The translations under genes and the position numbers were made by a program. Below, piece after piece: positions 13,731-26,722 of a stretch of DNA of 64,000 bases. Source of the DNA: Camelus ferus (lineage: Eukaryota); NCBI RefSeq assembly GCF_009834535.1, contig NC_045697.1:74774001-74838000 (forward strand), given 5' to 3'. Positions within the stretch are counted from its first letter, which is position 1. Each line of letters opens with the position of its first letter. Under the pieces are notes generated by a model. It saw only the letters and a program-made list of their open reading frames with translations. It had not been told where the DNA came from and searched no databases.

Positions 13731-15699
13731 CCCAGTAAAATTGTGTCTCTTTTCGCCATTAAATTGAGTCTTAGTATAAGTAGTACTTGACTTATGGCAG
13801 TTTGATTTAAAGTTACTCTCACAATTTTAGACAAATTCCAGTTTGCATTGACTTGAACTGTGATCCCCTTGGTTGTATGTTATGTCTTTTCATTGTAAAG
13901 AAGACCTTTAGAGTAATAACCTAGACTCTGTGTTTATGATGCCTAAATGACCTTAGCCTTGGCCCTTACTGCTCCAAGTCAAAGGGAACATTGATAAGCT
14001 GGCTAGTGTTGGTGGTGACTTGATTGACTCAATCTGAGCTGGTTTTAGAATACGACATCAGGTCTTACCTTTCAAAAAATTTTAGAGATCATTGGTCAGC
14101 AGTTTAAATTTCCAGAACAGATGGTCCTAATTTGAATATAGTTTGAGGGTTCTTGGAGCAATGAAAAATGCCCATATCTGGACAGAAATATTGATGGGAA
14201 TAGGAGAAGGTTTTAGTCTAAACTGGCGGTTTCATATTTTAAAGACTCTGCCAGTCTCATCCCCACACAGGAAAGTTTATGATATTTTGCTTCTTGTTTG
14301 ATGTTATCACTATAGTTTTTTGTTTGTTTGCTTTTTGTTTTCCTTCTGAGTATTTCTGGTTAATTTTTTAGGATTATAAATAAAATATGTATATTTCAAA
14401 GCATTTATGAAATTTGTAAAAGAACAAAGAGGAAAACAGGATTATTTAAAATTTTTTATTTCCTGGGCCTTATGGGACAGTGGCTTCTCTTAGGGAATGA
14501 CACAGTAAATACATTTCTTTTTCCAGACTACCCACGTCCTCCTGTTAACTCACCTTTTTTAAGAACCACTACTGTAATGAGAGGCATTAATAATGGGATT
14601 ATGTTTAGCATGTGAACTGTGCGGAGGCAAGAGTAATTGGCAGTTACTTAATCAGGATATGATTTTTTTTGCTATGTTACTGCATTCAATTTTATAAGAT
14701 TTATTTATAATTTTAGCAACTTTATTAACAGTGAGATTGGTTTGAGAGCTTTCTATTTTTATCCTATATTCTTCAGGTTTTCAGTTTAGGAATATGCTAA
14801 CCTCTTAAAATGACTTAGGAAAATTTCTTTATTTTATGGTACTCTGCAATAATTCAGATACCTTGGCAATTACACATCCCTTGAAGGTTTGAAGAAATTT
14901 TCACAAAAATAGCTAGGCCCAGCAACTTTCTGGAGGTCATTCCAGAACAACTTAAAAAATTGCTGCAGTGGTAATTTGACTCTTCTTAGGTCAATTTTGG
15001 TGATTTATTGTATAATAAACACATATTTTACCCAAATTTTCAAGTTTTTAATGTGTCATTATCTCCATTTCTAGCATTAGATCCCTTTTCTTGTTCTGAG
15101 ATGGGTTTTTTAATTGGGATTGGCTTTATACACTTCATAAATGTTTGCTCATGTATGCATATATGTGTGCATGTATGTGTATGCATTTTATTTTTGTGCT
15201 TTTGTAGTTTTAAGTGGATTTCCATGAACATATATGAAATTTATAATCTAAGGCCTCTATGATGTAATGAATGATTTGCTCAAAATAACTAAACTTTTGG
15301 TCACCATCTCTGGGCCAATGGTGTTTCAGAGTGTAGTTGTTGATACCGATCTGCTCAACTAGTTGCTATTTTCATTTCAGCTGCAGCACTTGGCCGGAAC
15401 AATAGGGTTGCATGCCAGAGTGTAGAGAAGGGGGAAAAGCGCACTGGAAGAAGTCAGTGGAACCTGGGGATATGTATAAACTGGTACTTTATTTTTATGC
15501 TGCTTCTCCCCAAAATGTTTTGGGAAAATATTAAAACATAAAATCAAGAAATGATGGATTTTCTAAGGAAAAAGTTAAAGGTGTCCAAAGTTAGTTGAAA
15601 TTTGGGTAATGCACTTTGCATCTGTTTTGGGCCCAGTCTTACTGATCCAGACCATTTTCATCATGAAGACTCCCCCCAAAACCCCAACCCATAAAAGCG

Positions 15700-15868
15700 A
15701 CAATAGTAATGATAATGATAACAGCTGTGCTGTAAGCACAATTATTGTCACTTTCCTGATAAGGAAACTGAGGCTCAGGAGCAGAATCTTCCCAAGGTCA
15801 TACAGCTTAGAAGTAGCAGAAGGGAAACTCCAACCAGGGTTACCAGAGTCCAGAGACCATATGCTTGG
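15700..15868 (-). mobile_element. MIR SINE
   Basis: gataaggaaactgaggctcagga...ttcccaaggtcatacagct...tccagagaccatatgctt. Confidence 0.85.
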
Positions 15869-17889
15869 AAAACTGACATTCATTATTCCATGAAATGGAT
15901 ATAAATACAAAAGGAAAATGTTAAGTGCTGTACTTGAGTCTTTTGCTTATTTTCACTTAATACTGGTCATACTCAATAATTATCATAAATAACCACATTG
16001 TTAAAATCTTATACTGACCTGGTATTGTACCTCTGTGATCGTGGCCCTGCACAGTACATCACATCCTGCTTGTCAGCCAGGTCTGCACAGAAATTAACAA
16101 GAGTGATTTAAAAGTCAGAGGCAGAGCAGGCAAGAGAGTGGGTGGTAAGTTTTAAGAATGGTTTTCAGGTGCTTACCACATGAGCTAAGTGCGAAAAAGA
16201 CAAATGCTAAGGTCGATGTGTTGTGTGGTCTATGAAAGCTGAGGTCAGTAATGTAACACTGTAGTAGTAAATTTCGAAAAGGGACATATGATATTTACAC
16301 AATTCCTGAAAGGTGAAATTAAATAGGCTTGGATAAGAGCCACTATCTGTGCCAAGCATGATTATATGAAATTGAAGTCATTGCTTTACAGTATTGCTAT
16401 AAAATTGCTGTGCTAAAAAACAAACTGTAGGCCCACAGTATTTGGAGACATTTATACTGTTGTAAGCTTAGATGTGGTGCAAGAGTTGCGTTTGGCCTTC
16501 TGGCCAGTTTGGGAAGGTATACAAGATATTACAAATAGAATAAAGATCATGTTTACATAGTCCAATAGTAAGCTTAATTTGGCAAAAGAAATGGCAAGAA
16601 ATAGATTGCATACATAAATGGCAAAAAAGCTTTATGGCCCAAGGTGGTCCTTTGAGTGATACTAATTTTATTTTCAGTCCTGTTGTATAATACTTGTTTT
16701 TAAGGGCTACGTCAGATATTCCTTAAAGCACCTTCTGAATTCTGTCGTGTGCTAATTTACATTATAATCAAAGGGCAAAAAATAACATTGAGAAGATGTT
16801 ATACAAAATAAATGCATAGATGGTTTCACAACCCAGTGTGACAAGGTCTCATGAATGGCATTTACAATGCATAATGTGAAAAAATATATTTTCTCCTGTG
16901 GCTTGTTTCTCATGTGCATTAAAGATCAGTGAAATAAATGTCACTAATTTAAATTTTTTTTATTAAATTTTTAATAAAAATTTTTATAATTATTTTTAAA
17001 ATTATTTTTAAAAATGAAGTATCATGAAAATGTGTTTATTAACATTTATGTCAGCACTGTAGCTATTACAGAAGATCTGAAAGTTTATTCAAGTAAGCCC
17101 AAGTATAGCTAATTAATCAATAAATTCAAAACACATTCTTGAGTGATTATTGTGTGCTGGATACATCATTTATTTTCCAGAAATCAGAGGTTTGATAAAA
17201 TAATTATAAGGCAATTTAAACTCTACAGGATTTATTGGTGTACTTCTTTAAATCTCACAGGTGTTGTGTAACTCAAGAGATGCTCAAAGACTCAAAAGTA
17301 AAACCTTTTCAGACTCTGAACACACCTCGCCTCCAGATCCTTGTTATAAAATCAGAAGGCCCAATTGCCTTGTTTCTCTCCTTTATTAGCACCTTAAAGA
17401 AATTATAATCACTCAAATAAGTGGTTATTGAGTGAATACTTTTATGTGAATGCCAAATAATTAGAAACTAAATAAAATATTAAGAACTGGGTTAAAAAAT
17501 CAAGAAAGTCTTTGACAGTAGATCATTTCTTTACAAAACAAAAAATGACCTACTTTAGTGGGTCATTGTAGGGATTAAGATAGATAATCTATACAAATGT
17601 GTTCCATAAATTGTCTCAACATGGTAGATACTTAATAAATATTAATTGAATTTGAATTTGTCTTTATAATAAGGCAGATTTTAAATATAATTCTCTTCCA
17701 ACCTGCTCCCCATTCCAAACTATTTATTTTTGTGTGTCTTTATAAATATGACAGTGAAGGGAAATTAAAGACAATAACAGGCAGTAAAGAATGGGTTAGA
17801 TTTCCTGTTTTGTGCTTACACATAGTTTACAGTGGCCTTCTAGGATAAAATATAGTGATAAAAGTTGCTTTAAGTGGTATAAATATTTA

Positions 17890-18430
17890 AAAACAATGAA
17901 TCTGAGTTTAGTATCTGCTCCACTACTAACTAGCTATGTGAAATGGATAAGTTTTGTGTCTTTCCTCAGACTAGTTTCCTCTTCTATAAAATGCAATCAA
18001 TAAAACACTATGGGGCTAGTGATATAATGCTGTTGACTTGAAACAAATACTGCCAGATACTTCTCCAGCAAAGATGGGTTTATTCTGGATTAGCAGAGAG
18101 TTGCAATTTGGGGTCTATAACCATGGCAAACCACGAGCAAGTCACTGCACAGCCAAGGAAAGAGAATGCTTTTATAGAGGGAAAGGAAGTTGGGAGGGCT
18201 AGAGTAAACAAATAGTCCTTGGGTTTTCATTGGCTGAGTTTTTGCCAGGAACAATAAGTCTTTCTTCTTCCTGTTGTAGAACGCAGGGTGTGAGAACTCT
18301 CCCTTCTGGTCTTCTGGTTCTATTTAATTGAAGTTTCTGTTTATTAATTTTTTACTGTGCATATAAATTAAATGAAATACTGTATTCAAAATAACTAGTG
18401 TAGTGCTTGACACATAAAAAGTATTCACGG
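17890..18430 (+). mobile_element. MIR SINE split by an LTR (17890-18030 and 18356-18430)
   Basis: ctccactactaactagctatgtga...agtttcctcttctataaaatg; resumes as attaaatgaaatactgtat...tagtgcttgacacata. Confidence 0.65.
18031..18355 (-). mobile_element. Retroviral-type solo LTR (~325 bp, family unassigned)
   Basis: On the minus strand: CCAAT (18233-18229), TATAAAA (18176-18170) and AATAAA (18084-18079) in canonical U3-R order, ending ...CAACA at 18031; interrupts a MIR. Confidence 0.75.
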
Positions 18431-18469
18431 AATGTTCAACGTGTCCAAATGGAAATGATTCTATTTGTG

Positions 18470-19056
18470 TTAACCTTGTCCTCCTCTTGTGTTCTCTAGC
18501 ACTCTTCAGTAGAAATCTGGAAGTCATGAATAATTTTTCCCTTTATCTCAACCTAACTCATCCAACAGCTGAAGAAGTATTACTGATTTTTCCCTTTAAA
18601 CATCTGTCCAATGCCTCCATCCCTCTTCTCTGGCCCCATTGTACTGTCTTACTTCAGGCTCTTTCAATTGACTGCTTAGACATAGTGAGATAATTTCTAA
18701 AATAATGTCTCTGCCTTCCTTTAGTCTTCCAGTTTATTCTTCACATTGTTGCTAGAAAGACCTTTCCAGATTCAAATATGATCATGTGTGAAAGCCTTCA
18801 CAAGCTCCACATTTGTATAAGGTAAAAATCAACTCCTTATTCCTAGACCTTACCCTTCTCTCCACCCCTACTGTGCTCCACAGCTGTTAGTGCTTTAGAC
18901 AAAGCTTACTTCTTCTTTCCTAATGTCATGGTGTTCCTTCTCCATGTGTCTACTTATGCTATTATCTCTATCTGGAATGCCCTCTGTCCCCCAACTCCCA
19001 CTTCATTTGAAATTTTGTTTGGCTAGCAAATACCCATTCATCTTTCAAGACTCAGA
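18470..19056 (+). mobile_element. L2 fragment
   Basis: ttcttcacattgttgctaga...aaatatgatcatgt...tctggaatgccctc...ttcatctttcaagactcag. Confidence 0.75.
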
Positions 19057-20885
19057 CAGTATTTATAGTACTAGGATAAACATATAAAATATGGAATAGA
19101 ATTGACAATTCAGAAATAAATCCTTACATTTATGGTAAATGATTTTCAACAAAGTGAGAAGACAATTCAAAGGGGGAAGAATAGCGTTTTCAACAAATGG
19201 TGCTGGGGACAACTGGATATCCACATGCAGAAAGTGAAAATAGACTGCTACCTTACACCGCATGCAAAAATTAACTCAGTGGATCATAGACAAAATAAAA
19301 TAACTAAAACGATATAACTCTTAGAAGAAAACACAAGAGTAGATCTTTATGACTTTGGCTTGGGCAATTTTTTTTTAGATATGACATCAAAGCATAAGTG
19401 ACAAGGAAAAAATACATAAATTGAACATTAACAAAATTCAGAACTTTTGTGCTTTTACAAAACATCATCAAGAAAATAAAGACAACCCACAGAATGGGAG
19501 AAAACATTTGCAACTCATATCTCTGAAATGGGACTTCAATCCTAAATGTATTTTTTAAAAGACTCTTAAAACTCAATAATAAAAGGACAACCCAATTGAA
19601 CAATGGGCAAAGGATTTGAATAGAAATTTCTCTGAAGAAGATATACAAATGCCAATAAACACATGAAAAGATGCTTGTTATAATCAGTCATTAGGAAAAT
19701 GCAAACCAAATCCAAAAATGAGATACCACTTCACACCTAGCAGAATTACTAAAATAGAAAGATAGACAACAACAAGTGTTTTAAGGATGTGGAAAATTGA
19801 CCCCTCTTACATTGCTGGTCATGCAGCCACTTTGGCAGTTCTTCAAAATGTTAAACAAATAGAATTATCATATAACCCAGAAATACCATTTGTCGGGAGT
19901 TTAGCCAAGTTAATCTGTGGTATTGCTGCCTTAGCGTCCACTTTGTTTGGCCAGGTGGTCTGGAGTGACCTTAAACTGACACTGGCCCCTCATGCAAGTA
20001 CATGCCCTTGATAACAACCCACAGAGTCAGAGGCAAGTTCCTGCTTTGGCTCCTTCAATAGTCCTTGTGTCTCCCCTGCCTCCTAGCACCTTCCCTTTGT
20101 GTATCCTGAGATAAGACCCCTGTGGGACTTGCCAAAACCCCACTCTCTTAGTTTGGATTGGCCAATCTGGCCTTAGCCTAAGCACCCTGAAACATTCTAC
20201 CCACAGATCCCTATAAAAGCATGTGCCCCAGATCCTATCTCTCTTTGTCTGTGCTCTGCCTTGAGCTTTCTGTGTGGCCCTTGGTGGTGCTCTGCATACT
20301 TTTTGAGGTCCTGTGATTAACAGATCTCTCTTTCATTTTCTCTTGCATTTGTTGAACTGTGACTTATCATTCGGCATCCAGTGTTCCATTTAAGAAATGT
20401 TAATTTGATAGGTTCATAACACCACCCCTAGATATATACTCAAGAGGAATGAAAACATATGTCCACATAAAAACTCTTACATAGCTGTTTATAGTAACAT
20501 TATTCAGACTAGCCAAAAAGTATAAATAACCCAAATGTCCATCAACTAAGTAATGGATAGATAAAATGTGGTATATTCATAGAATGGAATATACTGTTTG
20601 GCAATAAAATACGTGACATGCTAGTACATGCTACAGAATGGATGAGACTTTAAAACATCACGCTAAGTGAGAGAAGACACATGTTGTATGATTCCCTTTA
20701 CATGACATGTCCAGGATAAGCCAATCCTCAGAGACAGAAAGTAGGTTAGTAGTTTCCAGGAGGATAGTGAGTGGGAAAAGGGGAAATGACTATTAATAGG
20801 TATGGAGTTTCTTTGGGCATGATGAAAATATTCTAAAATTAGATGGTGGTGATAGTTGCACCACTCCATGAATATACTAACCTGG
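19057..20885 (+). mobile_element. L1MB-like ORF2 3' part + 3' UTR, decayed, interrupted by an LTR
   Basis: Remnant translation FNKWCWGQLDIHMQKVKIDCYLTPHAKINS; acatgaaaagatgct; cccaaatgtccatcaact; tggtgatagttgcacc...gaatatactaa. Confidence 0.92.
19891..20421 (+). mobile_element. ERVL-class solo LTR (MER54/MER74-like) nested in L1
   Basis: TG...CA termini (tgtcgggag...cataaca); degenerate 5-bp TSD CCATT/CCACC at the L1 ccact site; CCAAT 20162-20166, TATAAAA 20212-20218. Confidence 0.8.
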
Positions 20886-21629
20886 TGTTTAGTAAGAAAC
20901 AATTCCTCAGGCTTCTTATTTTCTTTCCTTATTTGCTTGTTTATTTATTTTAAGTTGCATTCAAGATGATAGAATGATGCCAGAAGCTGAGTACACAACT
21001 CATTGTTCAGCCGCTCAGAAAACATGCTCTAGTTCTTAGCTGCTGCAGGATGCCAGAGATAATCCTAAAAATGTGGACTCTTGTCTATTACTTTAAACAA
21101 CTCACTGTCTAGTTTGGTACTTTCATGTTCCTGGAGTGATTAGGAACAAAGATGTCTGAGGAAAGGGAGAGGAACAGGCTTCTTAGAAGACTTTATTGAG
21201 AAGGATTTTGAGATCACATTAGAGCTGAGTGAGGACAAGTACCTTTGTCAGTTACTGATGTTTGCAGTGGCTGTGGTGAAGAGAGGGCAGAGGTCCTTGA
21301 GCCATTTCTTGATTTTCCATTTTAAGAGGTAGTCCTTAGTCTTCCATATAAAATTGCCGCCTTTGGAATCTTATTCTGATTACAGATTCTTATTTAGTAA
21401 TTCACAGAAGACTTGGAGTGGAGGGACTGGGAAAGGGATTTGCATTTATTTTAAGCACTTTTTATGTGCCGGGCATTGTTAAGACACTCCAGGCTAATCC
21501 TTACAATAACCCCTTGGAGTAGATGTTATTGTACAAAAGTTTAGCGTTCTTGTAACTTGGCCTCAGTTTAATTAGTACATTTGTATTTGTATCCTTGGTT
21601 TCCTTGCAGAATCCCAGGTACTTTCTACT

Positions 21630-22105
21630 TAATAAGGTCAGAATGGCAGCAAGAAACAGATGACATACACAAACGGGGTAACTGTAGAGAATAAATAAGA
21701 CAACAATTTATAAAAGTATAGGCATTAATAAGAGAAACCAACAAAGATGGGATGTTCCTCTGGGGTTAGAGTGAGTGTGGGGCTATTTCCCAGTGGGGTT
21801 AAGGAAAAATTGGTCTTTAGAACTAAGAGAAAGTAGAGGTCACCTGACAGGAACTGTGTGGCCTCCAGCAGAAGGATGAAGAAAATGCCAACCCACAGGG
21901 AATAGAGGAGAAAATCATTGCCCATCCTCACTCTCTTTCTGCCATCTTCTCTCTTGCCAGTGACTCCCATTGGCTGAGGGAGTCCATTTAGGAAGTTTCT
22001 CAAAGGAATCCATTGAGAAAACCCATAAAGGTCAGCCTTTTGGCAAACAGAAGGATAGAATGGAAGGGTCAGAAGATCTAGAGGGCAAGCAGACTGCATG
22101 GCACA
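21630..22105 (-). mobile_element. Old ERVL LTR (LTR33-like)
   Basis: ctcccattggctga...tccattga...aggtcagcct...gatctagagggcaa...gcaca; similar to 56300-56858. Confidence 0.6.
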
Positions 22106-22194
22106 ATCCCCCTTTATTCGCAGGATTAATAGTGTCAGGTGGTGGCACTAAGTGTTTTCTTTGGCCTCTCATACTGGTAAAATAACTGACTCAC

Positions 22195-22625
22195 AAAGTC
22201 TAATGTGGTTTATTTTTTTAAAGATGCAGATAACAGAAAACTGAACAGTGGCATAAGCATAGAAGACATTTAAATATCTTATATATGAAGAAGTCTGAAT
22301 GTCAGCAGTCCAGGGCTGATTCAGCAGCTCAGTGATGTCATAAAGGACGTCATCCCCATTTCCATCTTTTCTCTCTGCAGTTCCCACTGCGTTGATTCTT
22401 TCTGTTTATGACTTATTATTGTTGGCTTATAGTGTGTTCACCATAGCCCAGGTCACAGAAATATATGTATAGAAAGTCAGGAGCAAAAAAGGCAAAAGGT
22501 TTCTCTTTATAAAGCTTTGTCTTCTTATGCATGAAGCAAAATCCTGTCCAGGACCCTCAGGAAGACTTATCCTTACATCTTTTTGGTCAAAATTAGGTCG
22601 TGTACACACCCCTACTGCAGTGGTA
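22195..22625 (-). mobile_element. Old MaLR LTR (MLT1J/K/L-like)
   Basis: taacagaaaactgaacagtggcataag...aagaagtctg...cagtccagggctgattcagcagctcagtgatgtcat. Confidence 0.65.
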
Positions 22626-22729
22626 TTTGAGAAAACAAGTATATGACAAAGGGGAATTGGAGCCTTTATTATCAGCCTTGGGCCTCAGCAACTCAAGGAT
22701 AATGGGAAAAAAAAAAAAAAACTGCTCAT

Positions 22730-22870
22730 GATTCCCTCACACATTTCATAAACACAAAATCTGAGGTTCCGAGATGCGAAACAGCAACTTATCCAGAGTC
22801 ACATGGCTAGTAAGTGAAAGAACTAGTTTTGATATTCTGTCTGACTCAAAAGCCTGTGTCTGAACCACAG
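22730..22870 (-). mobile_element. MIR fragment
   Basis: caacttatccagagtcacatggctagtaagtg...ctgtctgactcaaaagcctgtg. Confidence 0.7.
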
Positions 22871-23974
22871 GATTATATTTGCATTCCAAGGAGATGAATT
22901 CTCTCCGTGAGAATGTAAAGAAAATAGAGCAGAAGACTGAGGGCTATGTTGTATCCCATACATACTCAGTAGTCCTCTTCACTCTAGCCTGCTCCATTGG
23001 CTAATTCCTTATCACCAGAATTCCTTTTAAAAGTGTTGTCATTCATTCTCCAAAAAAAAAATCCAAGAGTGGGAAGTTTCCATTTTCCAACACAAGAAGC
23101 TTAGACATTGAGTAATGCTGAGACTGGTAACACAAAATAGAAGTCACCGTGCCCTGGGAGAAAGGGACTTCCTAAAACTTCCCCGAAGCTAGGTCCTATA
23201 GAGCCCCTTATTAGTTCAAATGCATTGCCTCTAGGCATTCTACTTATATCTATCAATTTTACCTATCTTCAGAAACCAACTTGTCTCTAAAATCAGTGAG
23301 GATTCTAGTATCTAAAATCGTTTAGCTATTTTCTCTAACTTTAGAAAGTATAGTACTTCTTTCTCTTGAGAAAAAAATATCATTTCATCTGCTTCTAAAC
23401 GTACCCACATGTTTTTCTGGAAACTATGTTTTGTATGTCCTAATTGGAAGAACTCATAAAGAAGAAAAGAAGAAACGAAGCTATAAGAGTGACTGATTAC
23501 AGTCAACTTCTCATAATTTGTAATGTCTTAATTTTTAATCCCTCTGTAGAAGAAAACAGTACTTTCTGTTTCAAATTTGGATAATTGAATAGTGACTTAA
23601 TGTGCAAATTGACAGTGCTTGTCAGAAAATTTCCCATTATTAAAGTAATATAATCTCTCTTTTGCAAACTCTGCTAATCATGCTAGCTTTTTCTAATTTC
23701 CCTAGAAATAGGTGAGAAAGCTTTTGCTACCCATCTCCCTATTGTTTGTTTTAAGTAAGGTAAGTCTTCATTATGGCAGTAGTTCTAAGAGGATTTTTTT
23801 TAAACTTTGTATGGTGCCCTAAAATCACTTGCATCATGATTAATGTTTGTGTATCGTGGTCATTCCTGCTATTTTAGTTACATCACTACTTAATAACTAG
23901 TATTCTAAGCCTTGTTCTTGAATTAATTGTTCAAAGCCAAAATGTTCATTTTCTTCAATTTTATAGAGTAATAG

Positions 23975-24140
23975 ATTCCAGAAGTCCTTGGTTCTAACCC
24001 TGGTGTTCGTATCAATATGCTCTGTAAACTAAGGCAAATCAGCTGACTTTTCTGGATTGGACTTTCCTTAACAGGGAACTCGAGAAAGATGGACTAGATA
24101 TTTCGAAGGTTATTTCAAGCTTTAAAATTACAATTCTGAT
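23975..24140 (+). mobile_element. MIR3-like fragment
   Basis: ccttggttctaaccctgg...ggcaaatca...tggactagat...aggttatttcaagcttt. Confidence 0.55.
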
Positions 24141-25366
24141 GTTATAGAAAGAGAGTGATTATCCAAATTCAGGCTCAGAAATTATCAGAGTTTGGCTTGT
24201 TTTTAAATTTCAGTGTCTGAGATTAATAAGCATGTATGTAAAGTAGGTATGTGAAGGAATCCTGAGTCCTGCAAGGATGTCACTTGGCAATCCACTGAGT
24301 TTAAATTGATACCAATCCCTATTAAATAGGAGGGGAAAGGAAGATATCTTTCACCATATTGAAAAATTATGGAGGATTAAAGGCCTATAAACTATTTCTT
24401 GAGTTTTTCTCCCCCTCCTCCATTTGGTCTCCTCCTTCCTGCCCATCTCTCATTAGCATCGGCACCATACTGATGTAGGAGAACTGTCAGCTGCTGGGAG
24501 TTAGTGACAGGGCTGGAGTTTTGCAAATGACTTCACCTTGTTTTGAATTTCTGTTTTCCATCTACTTTTGGCAAACATTGCTGCGTTTTTAATAAGTCAG
24601 TCTACTTGTAATATAATTGATGAGCATTCCATTCTTTTTCCTGTGCTATACTGATTGTTTTATACTGAGGAACAAGGAAGCCTGGCTTCCTCCCCGTAAG
24701 GTCTCAGTGGCTCCTGCTGCCGTTAAAAACTCTGTAATTTACTTTCTCCTTTATCGCACTTAGGCAGCATAAACCTTTTCCTGTGGCCCCGTTCTCTGGT
24801 TTGCAAAATCACTCTCTCCCTTTCTCTTTTCTCCCTGCTATATTTGGTCTTTGCTATAGAATCAAAGATGTATGTGGGCCATGGAGCCCTTACCAGCTCT
24901 CTTCTAAAGGACAGATTGTACAGGGTCCAGCAGGGGCCAAGGTAGTCAGCTCTTCCATTTGAGAGTCTTCCCGGCCCCTCTACTCCTTACCCCAGGTAGG
25001 AGAGAGAACCAGTTTCAGTCATTATCTCAGGGATTCTCACCATTTGTTTTGTGACCTTTAACTCCCACATTACTTTCTCTTCCTTTGCTTTAAAGATTTT
25101 TAAGTTGGTTAGTGTAACTGGTTGTCTGTGGGTGCTTGGAGTATTGTCTGATAAACGAATCTGGGTTTTGCAGGGAAGAATGCTGTGATCTCTTTAGATT
25201 AGCTGTGAGAAGGAAGGGTTATGGAACCTTAAATCAAGAACTTTTATTAGTCTTTACTTTATGCTCAGATAGAATTGGTCCCATCTTCCTTTGTATAATA
25301 ACTGTTAACTTTAAAAATTCTTTCATGCCACATGTCATTGCTAAAGGATTCTGAGACCTAATGCCA

Positions 25367-26133
25367 TTGTTGGGCTGAGGAGGGGCCCCACAGCACCAAG
25401 CAAGTCTCTGGCACCAGCTGGGTATCCTACAATTTAACTCAATTCTGACACTGTCTACTTGGAAATAGTGTCAGATCTGATAGATTAAGGGCTCAGTCCT
25501 ACAAGACTGCTCCCTCTCTTCAGACACTAATCTTGGGCTTCTGACCAGCTGGTATAGATCTGAGGTTCCATACTATTTCCTTTTTGGATTTGATTAATTT
25601 GCTAGAACAGCTCGCAAAACTTAGAGAAATATTCTACTTACTAGATCCTCAGTTTATTACGAAAGGATATAACTCAGGAACAGCCAGATGGAAGAAGTGC
25701 ATAGGGTGAGACATGGGAAAAGGGCATTGAACTTTTATGGCCTCTCCAAGCATGCCATTCTCCTCAAATCTCCACATGTTCACCAACCTGGAATCTCAGA
25801 AACCTGTCCTTTTAGATTTTTATGGAGGCTTCACTACATAGTCATGATTGATTAAGTCATCGGTCATTGGTGAGTGATTCTTCCTCTAGTGTCTGTCTCC
25901 TTCCTGCAGGTCAGGGGATGGGACTGAATGTTCCAACTCTCTAATCACTTGGTTGATTCCAGTGGCAACCATCCCTCATCTTTAGGTGGGGTCCACAATT
26001 CGCCTCATTAACATAACAAAGATTACTCTTATCTCTCTTGTTACTTAGGAAATTCCAAGAGTTTTGTGAGCTCTGCACCAGAAACAGGACAAAGACCAAA
26101 TGTATATTTCTTATTATAAATCACAATATGGCA
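25367..26133 (-). mobile_element. MER21-like ERVL solo LTR
   Basis: caccagctgggtatcctacaatttaactcaattctgacact...taagggctcagtcctacaagactgc...gatttttatggaggcttcactacatagtcatgattgatt...ggaaattccaaga...tttcttattataaatcaca. Confidence 0.85.
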
Positions 26134-26199
26134 ATTATACTTACTTTTAGAAAGTCTTCTTGCATTCCCTCCCCGTGGCCCCCACACTAACTAAATTTG

Positions 26200-26722
26200 A
26201 AGTTTTAAGGACAATGATCATGTATTTTTCATATTTGTATTCTCCTTGGGGCCTGCCTAATTTGTCCTGGTGGATAGTAAGTGCTAATAAAGTTACACAC
26301 ATGTGGAAAATGAGATTGATTTTTTTTTCTCTTTATCTAGTCTTCTTTCCCCTCATCTCCCACATCTGGTTAACAGGTGCTATTTCACTTTTTAATATCT
26401 CTCAAATCTGTCCATGCCTCTTCTTACAGCCTAAAAGCCTTCTGTTCTCTTCTCTGCCTGATAAAACCACTTATCCTTCGAGTAATCTCTACTGAGAATA
26501 GTTTTCTTGCACCTTTTTGCCCTTATTCCAAGCCATGTTAAATTCCTCTCCTGTGTGCTCCTGTCAAACTCTGGGCATAGACTCCTCAAAGCACTTACTA
26601 CTTTGTGCTACTGCTGTTGGTTTTCCTGTCCAGCTCTGTCTCAGATCCTGAGCTTCTTGAAGGTGGGAGAAATTAGCACTTGGCAAGATACTAGGCATTC
26701 CATAGTCTTTGAATGAATGAAT
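26200..26722 (+). mobile_element. L2 fragments
   Basis: agtaagtgctaataa; tgagcttcttgaaggtggga...tgaatgaatgaataaa tail. Confidence 0.55.
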
